Of a stretch of 64,000 nucleotides of DNA, positions 21,020 through 30,158 are shown piece after piece; the first letter of the stretch is position 1, and every line of letters starts with the position of its first letter. The stretch comes from an uncultured Actinomycetota bacterium. Its GTDB lineage: Bacteria > Actinomycetota > Actinomycetes > JAFAQI01. Where the stretch lies: positions 480,001 to 544,000 of the forward strand of contig CAVYQE010000001.1 in assembly GCA_963770565.1 (NCBI GenBank), in the 5' to 3' direction. The position numbers were made by a program, and so were the translations under genes. The notes below the pieces were generated by a model, which did not search any database, was not told the origin of the DNA, and saw only the letters and a list, made by a program, of their open reading frames with translations.

Positions 21020-22221
21020 CCCGCCCCGCAGGCTTCTCTCACGACATCGTCGTCATCGGCGGCTGCGGCCGGGTGGGTCTCCCGCTCGCGATCGCATTCG
21101 CCGACCGCGGAGCCTCGGTCGTCATCTACGACATCAACGAGGCCGCAGTGGCCCTTGTCAACGACGCGACGCTGCCCTTCGACGAGCCCGGCGCGGACGA
21201 CGTCCTGAAGGCCGTCATCAACAGCGGCGCGTTGTGGGCATCGACCGACCCCGCGGTGGTGGGCTGGGCCGAGAACGTCGTCGTGGTCATCGGCACTCCG
21301 GTGGACGAGCATCTCAATCCGGACCCGCAGGCTTTGCCGCGCGCCCTCGACGTGGCCGGTCAATGCCTTCGCGACGGGCAGCTGCTCGTGCTTCGAAGCA
21401 CGGTGTTTCCCGGAGTGACCGCGCTGATCGAACGGCTGATCCACCAACGCGGACTGGCCATCGACGTCTCGTTCTGCCCGGAACGGATCGCCGAGGGCCG
21501 GGCCATGACCGAGCTCTACGACCTGCCGCAGATCGTGTCCGGCAGCGACCAGATCAGCCGTGACCGGGCAGCCGCGTTGTTCCGGCGCCTCACTGACGAG
21601 ATCGTCGAACTCGAGCCCGAGGAGGCCGAGCTGGCGAAGCTGTTCACGAACGCCTGGCGCTACATCAAGTTCGCGGCCGTCAACCAGCTCTTCATGATCG
21701 CGGACAATCGCGGACTGGACTTCGAACGCATTCGAATTGCGCTCGTTCACGACTACCCGCGGGCTGCTGACATGCCATCGGCCGGTTTCGCGGCCGGGCC
21801 GTGCCTCTTCAAGGACACGATGCAGCTCGCCGCCTTCAACGACAACGACTTCGCCCTCGGCCACGCTGCCATGCTCGTCAACGAAGGTCTCCCGCTGCAT
21901 GTCGTGAGCCGCCTCGCCGAGCAGTACGACCTGTCCACGCTGACGGTCGGGATTCTCGGTGCGGCGTTCAAGGCCGGCTCCGACGACATCCGGTCGAGCC
22001 TGGCCTACAAGCTCAAGCGCATCCTGACCTTCAAGGCGCGGCGCGTGCTGATGACCGATCCCTACGTCACCGTCGACCCGGATCTTGTTCCGCTCGGGCA
22101 GGTGCTCGACGAGTCCGATGTGCTGATCGTCGCGAGCCCGCACCCCGAGTACGCCGGCATTGTGACCGACAAACCGGTCGCCGACGTGTGGAACATCCTC
22201 GGCCGGGACGCCCGCACATGA
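21016..22221 (+). CDS. Nucleotide sugar dehydrogenase (UDP-glucose/UDP-ManNAc DH family)
   Basis: GGCGRVGLPLA, LRSTVFPG, FCPERIAEG, AGPCLFKD, FKAGSDDIRSS. Confidence 0.92.
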   Translation: MTRPAGFSHDIVVIGGCGRVGLPLAIAFADRGASVVIYDINEAAVALVNDATLPFDEPGADDVLKAVINSGALWASTDPAVVGWAENVVVVIGTPVDEHLNPDPQALPRALDVAGQCLRDGQLLVLRSTVFPGVTALIERLIHQRGLAIDVSFCPERIAEGRAMTELYDLPQIVSGSDQISRDRAAALFRRLTDEIVELEPEEAELAKLFTNAWRYIKFAAVNQLFMIADNRGLDFERIRIALVHDYPRAADMPSAGFAAGPCLFKDTMQLAAFNDNDFALGHAAMLVNEGLPLHVVSRLAEQYDLSTLTVGILGAAFKAGSDDIRSSLAYKLKRILTFKARRVLMTDPYVTVDPDLVPLGQVLDESDVLIVASPHPEYAGIVTDKPVADVWNILGRDART

Positions 22222-23000
22222 TGTTGATCGAGCCCCGGGTCGCGGTGGTCATCCCGGCGTACAACGAGGGTGCGGCCATCGTGCCGGTGCTGGACCGGCT
22301 GATCGAGTTCGTCACCACGCCGTGCGAGGTCCTGGTCGTCGTCGACTTCCCCGAAGACACCACGGTCCCGGTGGTCGAGGCGTATGCGGCCGACAAGCAG
22401 CCGAGCATCCGGGCGGTGGTCAACGACTTCGGGCCCGGGCCGGCCAACGCGATCCGCTTCGGCATGCAAGCCGCCCGCGCGCCCGTCGTGGTCGTCACGA
22501 TGGCCGACGGGTGCGACGACCTGCAGCAGATCGATGTCCTGACCCGGCTGGTCGAGCGGGGAGTGGTGATCGCCGCCGCCTCGCGCTACATGCCGGGAGG
22601 GCAGCAGGTCGGCGGGCCACTGCTCAAGAAGTGGCTGTCCTCCGGCGCCGGCCGGTCGCTGTTCTGGTTCGCCCGGGTCGGCACTCGGGATGCGACGAAC
22701 TCGTTCAAGGCATACAGCAAGGCCTTCATCGACGACGTCGGCATCGACAGCCGCGACGGGTTCGAGATCGGTTTGGAACTGACCGCCAAGGCCCGTCGCC
22801 TGCGCTTGCCGGTGGCGGAGATCCCCACCATCTGGCTGGACCGGGAGGCCGGCGTGTCACGCTTCAGGCTGGCCAGATGGCTTCCCAAGTACCTTCGGTG
22901 GTATCGCTTTGCCTATGGCCCGAAGCTGGACCTGCCGGCGCTCGAAGCGCACCTCCCTGAGGCGGCCAAATCGCCGTCGACCGAGGGAGTCATGACGTGA
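22218..23000 (+). CDS. GT2 glycosyltransferase (polyprenol-phosphate sugar synthase-like)
   Basis: VIPAYNEG, VTMADGCDD, ASRYMPGG, DATNSFKAY. Confidence 0.9.
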   Translation: MMLIEPRVAVVIPAYNEGAAIVPVLDRLIEFVTTPCEVLVVVDFPEDTTVPVVEAYAADKQPSIRAVVNDFGPGPANAIRFGMQAARAPVVVVTMADGCDDLQQIDVLTRLVERGVVIAAASRYMPGGQQVGGPLLKKWLSSGAGRSLFWFARVGTRDATNSFKAYSKAFIDDVGIDSRDGFEIGLELTAKARRLRLPVAEIPTIWLDREAGVSRFRLARWLPKYLRWYRFAYGPKLDLPALEAHLPEAAKSPSTEGVMT

Positions 23001-24019
23001 GGACCCTGGTCAGCGGTTCGGCGGGGTTCATCGGCGGTTACGTCGTCGATGAGCTGCTCAAGCGCGGCCACGACGTGGTGGGGGTGGACAACCTCTCGAA
23101 GTACGGCAAGGTGGCGAAGTCCTACGACGACCACCCGCGCTACACCCTGGTGCTGGGCGATGCTCGCGACACCGACCTGATGTCGGACCTGCTTGCCGAC
23201 TGCGACCACTTCATCGCCGGTGCGGCCCTGATCGGCGGCATCTCGTACTTTCATGCCTACGCCTACGACCTGATCGCGGCCAACGAGCGGATCATCGCCG
23301 CCTCTTGTGACGCGGCGATCAAGGCACACGGTGCGGGCCGACTGCAGAAGGTGACGTACCTGAGCTCGTCGATGGTCTTCGAGTCGACGACGCACTGGCC
23401 GTCGACCGAGGGGGACGAGCTCAAGGTCCCGCCGCCGCTGTCGTCGTACGGCTTCCAGAAGCTCGCGGTCGAGTACTTCGCCCGGGCCGCGTGGGATCAG
23501 TACTCGCTGCCGTACACGATCATCCGGCCGTTCAACTGTGTCGGAACCGGCGAGGGCCGCGCCCTCGGCGACGTGGAGATCGAGTCCGGCAACGTCAAGC
23601 TCGCGATGAGCCACGTCGTCCCCGACCTGGTGCAGAAGGTGCTCAAGGGCCAGGACCCGCTCCACCTCCTGGGCACCGGTGAGCAGGTGCGCCACTACAC
23701 CTACGGCGGCGACCTCGCGCGGGGAATCGTCGATGCCGTCGAAAGTGACGCGGCCCGCAATGACGACTTCAACCTGTCCACCGCTGAGTCGACGACGGTG
23801 CTCGAACTCGCTGAGCTGATCTGGACGAAGATCAAGGGACCGGACGTCGCGTTCAACTACGTCCTGGACCCCGGGTACGAACACGACGTTCAGCGGCGGG
23901 TCCCGAACACCGAGAAAGCCGAACGGGTCCTGGGCTTCACGGCGACTACGAGCCTGTCGGAGATGCTCGACGAAGTGATCCCGTGGATCGCTAAGGCAAT
24001 CGAGAACGGCACCATCTGA
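22997..24019 (+). CDS. NAD-dependent epimerase/dehydratase
   Basis: GSAGFIG Rossmann motif, SSSMV, YGFQK. Confidence 0.92.
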   Translation: MRTLVSGSAGFIGGYVVDELLKRGHDVVGVDNLSKYGKVAKSYDDHPRYTLVLGDARDTDLMSDLLADCDHFIAGAALIGGISYFHAYAYDLIAANERIIAASCDAAIKAHGAGRLQKVTYLSSSMVFESTTHWPSTEGDELKVPPPLSSYGFQKLAVEYFARAAWDQYSLPYTIIRPFNCVGTGEGRALGDVEIESGNVKLAMSHVVPDLVQKVLKGQDPLHLLGTGEQVRHYTYGGDLARGIVDAVESDAARNDDFNLSTAESTTVLELAELIWTKIKGPDVAFNYVLDPGYEHDVQRRVPNTEKAERVLGFTATTSLSEMLDEVIPWIAKAIENGTI

Positions 24020-24050
24020 CCGGGTTGGGCCGAGCGTGCGCGCCGTGTCC

Positions 24051-25427
24051 CTACAACGCAGGGAGCCGGGCGGAGTAGATCGAGTAGCCGTCGAGGTAGC
24101 GGGCGACCGTAGTGGCGATCACGGTCGCGACGATCATTGCCACGACGAGCGAGTTGGTGGTGTTAGTGAGTTCGAGCATCAGCACCAGTCCGGCAAGTGG
24201 TGCCTGCAAACCCGCGCCCAACATGGCCGCGGCGCCGACGACGGCATAGGCCCCGATCGGTGCTCCGGACCACAGGTGGGTCCAGGCAAGGCCGAGGAAG
24301 CCACCGAGGACCGCGCCGATGCTCAGAGTCGGCGTGAAGAGCCCTCCGGTCGCGCCGCTTCCGATACACGCCGCGGTCGCCAGCGGCTTGAGCGCGGAGA
24401 GTGCGAGGAGCAGACCCGTCGACCCCACGCCGAGGAACGCCGGCCCGGCCATATCGGCGCCGTTGCCCAGCAGCTGTGGGTAGTGCAGTCCGACCAGGCC
24501 GACGAGGGTGAAGGCGATCAACGGGCCGACCGCCATTCGCCAGCCGGTCGGCCGGTGTGCGGACACCCAACCGATCAGCCGAACGTGACACACGCTGAGC
24601 GCTCCGATCAGCACCCCGGCCGGCAGGGTCCAGACCAGCAGCGCCGCGTCGAGGTGGTAAACGGGAACCAGCGTGTACGTCGGCCGGTTTGGCAGCACCA
24701 GCCAGGACGTCACAGTCGCGATGACCGAGCAGGCGAGAGCCGGTAGCACCACGGCGAGCGCCAGGCTGCCGTACAAGACCTCGGCCGCGAGCAATGCGCC
24801 GCCGAGCGGCACGTTGTAGATCGCGCCCATGCCCGCGCCGCCGCCGCAGGCGACCAGCAGTCGCCGCTGCTCCGGAGTCAGTCCCGCCCAGCCGGCCAGG
24901 GCACTTCCGGACGCCGCACCCACCAGTTTCGGCGCGGCCTCGAGGCCCATCGACGCCCCGCAGCCAACTGCGATCTCGGAGAGGACACCGGAGGCAAAGC
25001 TGCGCCGTAGCGACAATTGCGCGTGCCCGGCCCACAGCGCGTCGTCGAGGTCCGAGCTGTGCGAGGACATGACCCGGCGCAGGACGTACCAACCGATCCC
25101 GGTGACAAGACCACCGACCGCAAGCGCGAGCACGCGCCTCGATCCGGCTGCCTCGGCGACGCCGGCAGCGAAGGTCCCGTGGTCGAAGCCGAAGGCCACG
25201 TGCTCCACCAGGGTGAGCACCTCGTGCATCACGATGCCGAGCAGGCCCGTGACGACGCCGGTGACGCAGGTCAGCAGCCACGTCATCGGTGTCAGCTGTG
25301 CGTCCTCGTCGCCGGTGGCATTCGGCTGTTCGGTCGCGCCACGGCCTGACGGCAGTCGCCTGCGCAGCAAGGGAGGCGGGTTCCGGACCCGGTCGAAGCC
25401 CGGTTTCGACGCGTCCTCGCGACTCAC
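24051..25427 (-). CDS. ClC-family chloride channel/transporter
   Basis: GASMGLEAAP, YNVPLGGALLAAE, GATGGLFTP. Confidence 0.88.
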   Translation of the reverse strand: MSREDASKPGFDRVRNPPPLLRRRLPSGRGATEQPNATGDEDAQLTPMTWLLTCVTGVVTGLLGIVMHEVLTLVEHVAFGFDHGTFAAGVAEAAGSRRVLALAVGGLVTGIGWYVLRRVMSSHSSDLDDALWAGHAQLSLRRSFASGVLSEIAVGCGASMGLEAAPKLVGAASGSALAGWAGLTPEQRRLLVACGGGAGMGAIYNVPLGGALLAAEVLYGSLALAVVLPALACSVIATVTSWLVLPNRPTYTLVPVYHLDAALLVWTLPAGVLIGALSVCHVRLIGWVSAHRPTGWRMAVGPLIAFTLVGLVGLHYPQLLGNGADMAGPAFLGVGSTGLLLALSALKPLATAACIGSGATGGLFTPTLSIGAVLGGFLGLAWTHLWSGAPIGAYAVVGAAAMLGAGLQAPLAGLVLMLELTNTTNSLVVAMIVATVIATTVARYLDGYSIYSARLPAL

Positions 25428-25442
25428 GGTCGGCTCGCAGTC

Positions 25443-25898
25443 CTAACTCGCGGCAGTGGCCGTAAGGATCTTCTCAATCGCGGCGTCCTGGGCCGCAAGG
25501 TGGGCCTGGATCTGTTTTGCCTCGGCGAGCACGGCGGCCGCGTCTTGGTACGTCGCCAGGGAACGGGCGTCCGCCGCGGCGGCCTGCACGTTCTGGCCGA
25601 CGATGATGATCGGCAGCAGGACCAGCTGGAGGAAGGTCTGCGCGATCCAGGCCACGATGATCAGCTTGTCCCCGCTGCTGAAGGCGGTCGGCGCGCTGAT
25701 GAGGGCGAGCAGGGTGAACACGTAGGCGCACCACATCGTGCCGACGATCACGGTGATGCGCAGCCCGATCTTCGCGTTCAGCCGGCCGAGCCGGCCCGGG
25801 CCATGGATCTCCTCGAGTGCCTTCGCAACGGTCGGTGGGCCGGCCGCCTTACGGGCCTCGATGTGTGGATGCGGAACGTATTGGAACAGCGATGACAT
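25443..25898 (-). CDS. DUF1003-like membrane protein
   Basis: ITVIVGTMWCAY...QTFLQLVLLPIIIVGQN followed by a coiled coil. Confidence 0.7.
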   Translation of the reverse strand: MSSLFQYVPHPHIEARKAAGPPTVAKALEEIHGPGRLGRLNAKIGLRITVIVGTMWCAYVFTLLALISAPTAFSSGDKLIIVAWIAQTFLQLVLLPIIIVGQNVQAAAADARSLATYQDAAAVLAEAKQIQAHLAAQDAAIEKILTATAAS

Positions 25899-26026
25899 GC
25901 CCTAAAGGTCCCACGAGACAACGCGATCACCGGCCATTGCCGAGCGCCGTCGCCTTGTCGCCGACCAGTGGTTTGCGGCCGGCACGGTGGCATCAAGGGT
26001 GAGCCGTCGTACGTCGATACAGAACG

Positions 26027-27340
26027 GTGCGTACCTGCGGGCAGTGCGGCGCCGTTACGCCGCCTTCGGCTGCCTGGTGCGGCCAGTGCTACCTGCCCTT
26101 CCAGGCCGCGGTGCCGGTGATGTCGTACGCCAGGGTGGCTGCGGGGGTCGCCGCCGGTCCCGCTGTTTGGCCGGCCCCGCCGGTCGTCGCGCCACGTCCT
26201 GGCTGGGCGCCCGCGCCGCTGGCCGCGCGCTACACCGAGGCCGAGGCACGGCGCGACGGACGCCTGCTCGACCACCGGGCGCTGGTGCTGGTCGTCGCGG
26301 CTATCGGTCTGGGCGGGCTCATCCAGCTGGTGGCCGTGGCGCTGTCGCACATCACGTCGATCGAGCCGGAAGCCTTGATCCGGTACGACATCGTGCTGAC
26401 CGTCGGCATGTACGCGATCGTCGCCGCGATGATCGTCAGCCAGATCACGCCGTCGGTGCGACTCCGCTGGGGTGAGGGCGCACTCGCCGGTCGAATCGGT
26501 CTAGGCGCTTGCGTCGGCGTGGGCATCAGCCTGGCTTTGCTCGGGCTGGTGTACGTGATTGCCGGTCACGTGCAATCCGATCCGCGGATCGTCCTGTTGA
26601 TGAGCGAGGGCGACCCCACGCACATCATCGCGACCGTCTTCATCGGCTGCGTTGCAGCGCCGCTGGTCGAGGAGACCTTGTTTCGCGGGTTGCTGCTCGA
26701 GTCGCTGCGGCCCCGCGGCAAGGCGGTCGCCGTCGTTGGATCAGCCGGTGCCTTTGCGGTCTGGCACTTCATGCCGGCCTCGCTGATCTACTACGCCGCG
26801 CTGGGTGCGGTGCTCGGCGGGCTGTATCTCAAGCGCGGGCTGGCCTGTTCGATCGCGGCACACGTCGGATTCAACGCGGTGCTGACGGTGGCGGCCATCT
26901 CGATCGTGCTCGGACCGGCCCGCACGATCGAGGTGGGCGGGCTGAACCTGACCGCGCCGAGTGGCTGGTCGGTTGCGTCGATGTCGGCGGGGGAGACGTT
27001 CCCGGGCGTGGGGATGCTGCTCGGTCCCGATGATGCCCAGCTGGAGGTCGTTCACGCGCAGGTCGCCCGGCAGTTGAGTCCCGACGAGGTGGCGACCCGG
27101 TTGCGGAGCGGGACGCTGGCGCTGCCGCCCGGACTGGAGCTTGACTCGAGCTCGGTCACCGAGACGTCGTCGCCAGCCGGCGAGGTGGTCGAGGACGGCC
27201 TCACCGTCGAGGGACGGCAGGGCGAGGTCGCGTTCCTGCAGGCCGGTGGCCAGGGCTATGAGCTGGTGTTTCTCAGTGCCGGGAGCAATCGGGCTCAGCG
27301 GGACTTCCAGGCCATGCTCGGCTCGCTCCAGGTCGCCTGA
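26027..27340 (+). CDS. CPBP (CAAX/Abi) intramembrane glutamic endopeptidase with N-terminal Zn ribbon and C-terminal extracellular domain
   Basis: EETLFRG, FAVWH, AHVGFN; N-terminal CGQC...CGQC. Confidence 0.85.
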   Translation: MRTCGQCGAVTPPSAAWCGQCYLPFQAAVPVMSYARVAAGVAAGPAVWPAPPVVAPRPGWAPAPLAARYTEAEARRDGRLLDHRALVLVVAAIGLGGLIQLVAVALSHITSIEPEALIRYDIVLTVGMYAIVAAMIVSQITPSVRLRWGEGALAGRIGLGACVGVGISLALLGLVYVIAGHVQSDPRIVLLMSEGDPTHIIATVFIGCVAAPLVEETLFRGLLLESLRPRGKAVAVVGSAGAFAVWHFMPASLIYYAALGAVLGGLYLKRGLACSIAAHVGFNAVLTVAAISIVLGPARTIEVGGLNLTAPSGWSVASMSAGETFPGVGMLLGPDDAQLEVVHAQVARQLSPDEVATRLRSGTLALPPGLELDSSSVTETSSPAGEVVEDGLTVEGRQGEVAFLQAGGQGYELVFLSAGSNRAQRDFQAMLGSLQVA

Positions 27341-27405
27341 TTCCCGACTGCGAAAACCAGGTCGAACCGTGGCCGCGCGTCACCCGCACGGCCACGGCCG
27401 AGCCG

Positions 27406-28038
27406 TTAGTGCGTGCGGAGCTTCAGCTTCAGCTTCTCGCCGACCCGGATGACGCCGGGGTCGGCCCCGATCACGTGCCGGTTGTCGCGATAAATCGCGT
27501 GCCACCCTCCTTTGACATCGTGGCGGCGCGCGATCTCGGCGAGGGTGTCACCGTGCTTGACGGTGTAGTGCACCCAGGTGCCGTGCTGGTGCGTGCCCTT
27601 GGCGTCGTGGTGGTGGCGGCCGGTGTGACGGTGGGCCGCGCGCAGCTCAGGGGTGCTCGGCCCGGGCGCTCCGGCGTACTGCGAGCACACCGGCCAGGCG
27701 TGCCAGCCCTGCCGCTTGAGAACGCGGTTGGCGACATCCATCTGCTGCGCCTTGGTGGCGAGGTCGGCGCGGCTGGCGTAGTTGTCGACGTCGAACGACG
27801 TCCACGTCGAAGCGGAGAACTGCAGGCCGCCGTAGTAGCCGTTGCCGGTGTCGATGTGCCAGCGGTCGCCGGACTCGCAGTTCGCGACCCGCTCCCACTG
27901 GACGTTGGTCGCCGCGTGCGCGGCGGCCGGGCTGAGGATGGATGCTGCGATCGTGCCGGCCCCGATGGCACTGGCGGCGGTCAGCCGGCCGGCGTTCGAG
28001 GGTTTGCGATGACGGCCCCGTTTTTGGGCGTGGCGCAT
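27406..28038 (-). CDS. rpf: Resuscitation-promoting factor (transglycosylase plus LysM)
   Basis: WERVANCESG...GYYGGLQF...QGWHAWPVC; LysM YTVKHGDTLAEIA. Confidence 0.95.
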   Translation of the reverse strand: MRHAQKRGRHRKPSNAGRLTAASAIGAGTIAASILSPAAAHAATNVQWERVANCESGDRWHIDTGNGYYGGLQFSASTWTSFDVDNYASRADLATKAQQMDVANRVLKRQGWHAWPVCSQYAGAPGPSTPELRAAHRHTGRHHHDAKGTHQHGTWVHYTVKHGDTLAEIARRHDVKGGWHAIYRDNRHVIGADPGVIRVGEKLKLKLRTH

Positions 28039-28045
28039 TGAAGGG

Positions 28046-28220
28046 TCCCTTCCCTGCGCCTACGAAGTGAGCTGACGGGTTCGGGCTGGAAGGTGCCCGG
28101 CCGGCCCTGGTTCGGCCGACTTAACCCCATGCGTGCGGTGTCGGAATCGACGCCGTCCGCGGTGGGTCCCCCGCTCCTGCCGTGAGGTTCTGATCGCTAC
28201 GGCCGGCAGGACTCGGCGCA
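28046..28220 (-). ncRNA. Cyclic di-AMP (ydaO/yuaA) riboswitch
   Basis: Minus strand GCCGAGTCCTGCC...GGCAGGAGCGGGGGACCCA...GGGGTTAAGTC...CCCGAACCCGTCAGCTCACTTCGTAGGC upstream of rpf. Confidence 0.92.
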
Positions 28221-28278
28221 CCGTAGTGGTCTCAAGCGTTTGCTGTGAGCAAGCGCCAGGCTAGTCAACTAAGCGTTG

Positions 28279-29712
28279 CTAAGCCAAATCCGCAGGTCGG
28301 ATCGCGTGTCGGGCGCTTGCAACAGCTAGCACTACGAGGAGAGCGATCAGCAGGACCGGTGACACGACGTCGCGCATCCCGAACGCCACCGTGTGCATCG
28401 CCCCGTGCAGCGTGACGGCAGCCCGGCCGGGGATATACGCGAGGGACAGTACGGCGGTATGTGCGAGCAGCAGCAGGTCGAGCCGGCTCGCGGCCAGCAG
28501 CGGGATCAGCACCCAGGGGACCGCGTCGTACCAGGGCAGTGAGTACGGCGCGGACAGGACGTAGCCGAGCGAAAGCGCGAAGGCGAGGGCAGCCGGTGCC
28601 CCGCTCCTGACCTCGGCGTTGACCCGTTGGAGTGCGTACACGATTGCGACAAATAGGACAATAGCGAGGGCGCCGATCAGCTGCCTCGAGGCGCCGTGGC
28701 CGAAGGCCGGGTCGGTCAGGTCGGCGAGCGGGCGCCAGGGGGTCGCGAGCGAGACCTGGTGGGAGGCGCGGCCGAGCGCCCGCAGCGCGCCGAGGCCGGC
28801 GAACCCGTAGCCGATGCCCACCACCGCGGCGGCGCCCACTGTGACCTCGATCAGCGAGCGCCGCGACCGGCGGGCGGCCCAGACCAGCGCGATCCAGACC
28901 AGCCCGGCGGGTGCCTTGACCGAGGCGGCGACGGCAGCCAGCACGCCCGCGGCGAGGCGGCTGCGGGCCGCGACCGCGATCGCCGCCAGCACCCCGACCG
29001 CCGCGATGACGTCGAGATGGGCGCCGGCGACTAGCTGAAGCCACATCAGCGGATTGGCGGTCCACAGCAGGGCACTGCGAAGCCGCCCGGGCTCGGTACG
29101 GGCGATCCGCTGCAGCAGGAGTGCGGCGGCGATGAAGGCGGCGGATCCGACCAGGTCGAGCAAGAGGACCGTGACCGCGATGTCGGTGCCGGCCAGCTGC
29201 GAGGCGGCCGCCTGCTCGGCGGTGGCGACCGGCCCGTAGACCGAAGGGGTGTGCTGCCAGGGCACCTCGACTGCCCGCTCGACCGGGTCGGAGGCGGCCA
29301 GCTGGGACGGCTTGGTGGTCCAGGGGTCGTGGCCGGTGGCGACCATCCGGCCGTAGGCGGCGTAGGACAGCGGGTCGGCCGAGCCGATCGGCGCCAGCAG
29401 GCCGAGCGCGGTGGCGGCCAGGATCCCCCCGACGACCAGCCGGCGCGGGTCGGGCCGCCAGCGGCCGCTGAGCCCGAGTGCGACGGCGGCAACGCCCGAG
29501 ACGATCGCGATCGCGAGCAGCGCGGTGACGAGCCACGGCGACGGCGAGGCGGCGACGTGCCATGGCGGGGTGGCGCCGTTGTCATGGACGCCGAGCGGTG
29601 CTTCGGCAGCGCTCGGTCCGAGCAGCTGCGTGGTCGCGATCGCGACGAAGCTGAGCGCGAGCAGGGCGGGTCCGGCGTACCGGACCGAGGCATCGGAGCG
29701 ATCGGATGGCAG
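28279..29712 (-). CDS. Polyprenol-phosphomannose-dependent alpha-1,6-mannosyltransferase (MptA/B-like); probable CTG start
   Basis: Frame stays open upstream of the Met at 29346 through GSADPLSYAAYGR and several TM helices; SVYGPV, GAHLDV, LPWYD. Confidence 0.75.
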   Translation of the reverse strand: MPSDRSDASVRYAGPALLALSFVAIATTQLLGPSAAEAPLGVHDNGATPPWHVAASPSPWLVTALLAIAIVSGVAAVALGLSGRWRPDPRRLVVGGILAATALGLLAPIGSADPLSYAAYGRMVATGHDPWTTKPSQLAASDPVERAVEVPWQHTPSVYGPVATAEQAAASQLAGTDIAVTVLLLDLVGSAAFIAAALLLQRIARTEPGRLRSALLWTANPLMWLQLVAGAHLDVIAAVGVLAAIAVAARSRLAAGVLAAVAASVKAPAGLVWIALVWAARRSRRSLIEVTVGAAAVVGIGYGFAGLGALRALGRASHQVSLATPWRPLADLTDPAFGHGASRQLIGALAIVLFVAIVYALQRVNAEVRSGAPAALAFALSLGYVLSAPYSLPWYDAVPWVLIPLLAASRLDLLLLAHTAVLSLAYIPGRAAVTLHGAMHTVAFGMRDVVSPVLLIALLVVLAVASARHAIRPADLA

Positions 29713-29778
29713 GGCTGGTGGCTCCGCCCGGCTGGCGATCGCAGGCCTCCAAGTCGGGGATGTCGGCGGGCGATGACC

Positions 29779-29867
29779 TGGCGGAGGATGCGAGATTCGA
29801 ACTCGCGAGGGGTTGCCCCCAACACGCTTTCCAAGCGTGCGCCATAGGCCAACTAGGCGAATCCTCC
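29779..29867 (-). tRNA. tRNA-Ser(GGA)
   Basis: Minus strand GGAGGAT...CACGC-TT-GGA-AA-GCGTG...GTTCGAATC...ATCCTCC-G-CCA. Confidence 0.97.
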
Positions 29868-29897
29868 GTCGCGGAGTCTATCGAAACCCGCCGTGTC

Positions 29898-29982
29898 CCA
29901 AGCAATGTCACATTGCCCCGCACTTCGTGGGGGCAATGTGACACCACCCCCACGAATCCCGGGGCAATGTGACATCGCTTGG
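29898..29982. repeat. Palindromic dispersed repeat, family A, copy 1
   Basis: CCAAGCAATGTCACATTGCCCC...GGGGCAATGTGACA...GGGGCAATGTGACATCGCTTGG; second copy at 46737. Confidence 0.85.
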
Positions 29983-30044
29983 GGGTGTTGGGGTGGGTGC
30001 GCGGGCCTGGCCGGGTGTCGGCGGGCGCGGCTACAGTGGGCGCC

Positions 30045-30132
30045 GACCCCTCGTGCGGCGTTATCCCGCCCAACTCCCCCAGGGCCGGAAGGCAGCAAGG
30101 GTAAGCGGGCTCTGGCGGGTGTGCGAGGGGTC
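30045..30132 (+). ncRNA. ffs: Signal recognition particle RNA (small bacterial SRP)
   Basis: CAGGGCCGGAAGGCAGCAAGG helix 8 motif; GACCCCTCG/CGAGGGGTC closing stem; upstream of dnaX. Confidence 0.93.
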
Positions 30133-30158
30133 CTCGTTTTGGGTGTGGAGGCCGCTCG

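Noticed and set aside
25899-26026. Fluoride riboswitch upstream of the DUF1003/ClC genes (GGCGACGGCGCTCGGC on the minus strand)
   Set aside because: The 3' TGATG...CCTAC element is missing and the ClC lacks CLC-F signatures (GREGT, GEVTP).
19140-29867. Integrative island bounded by the two tRNA-Ser genes
   Set aside because: No integrase and no duplicated tRNA 3' end was seen.
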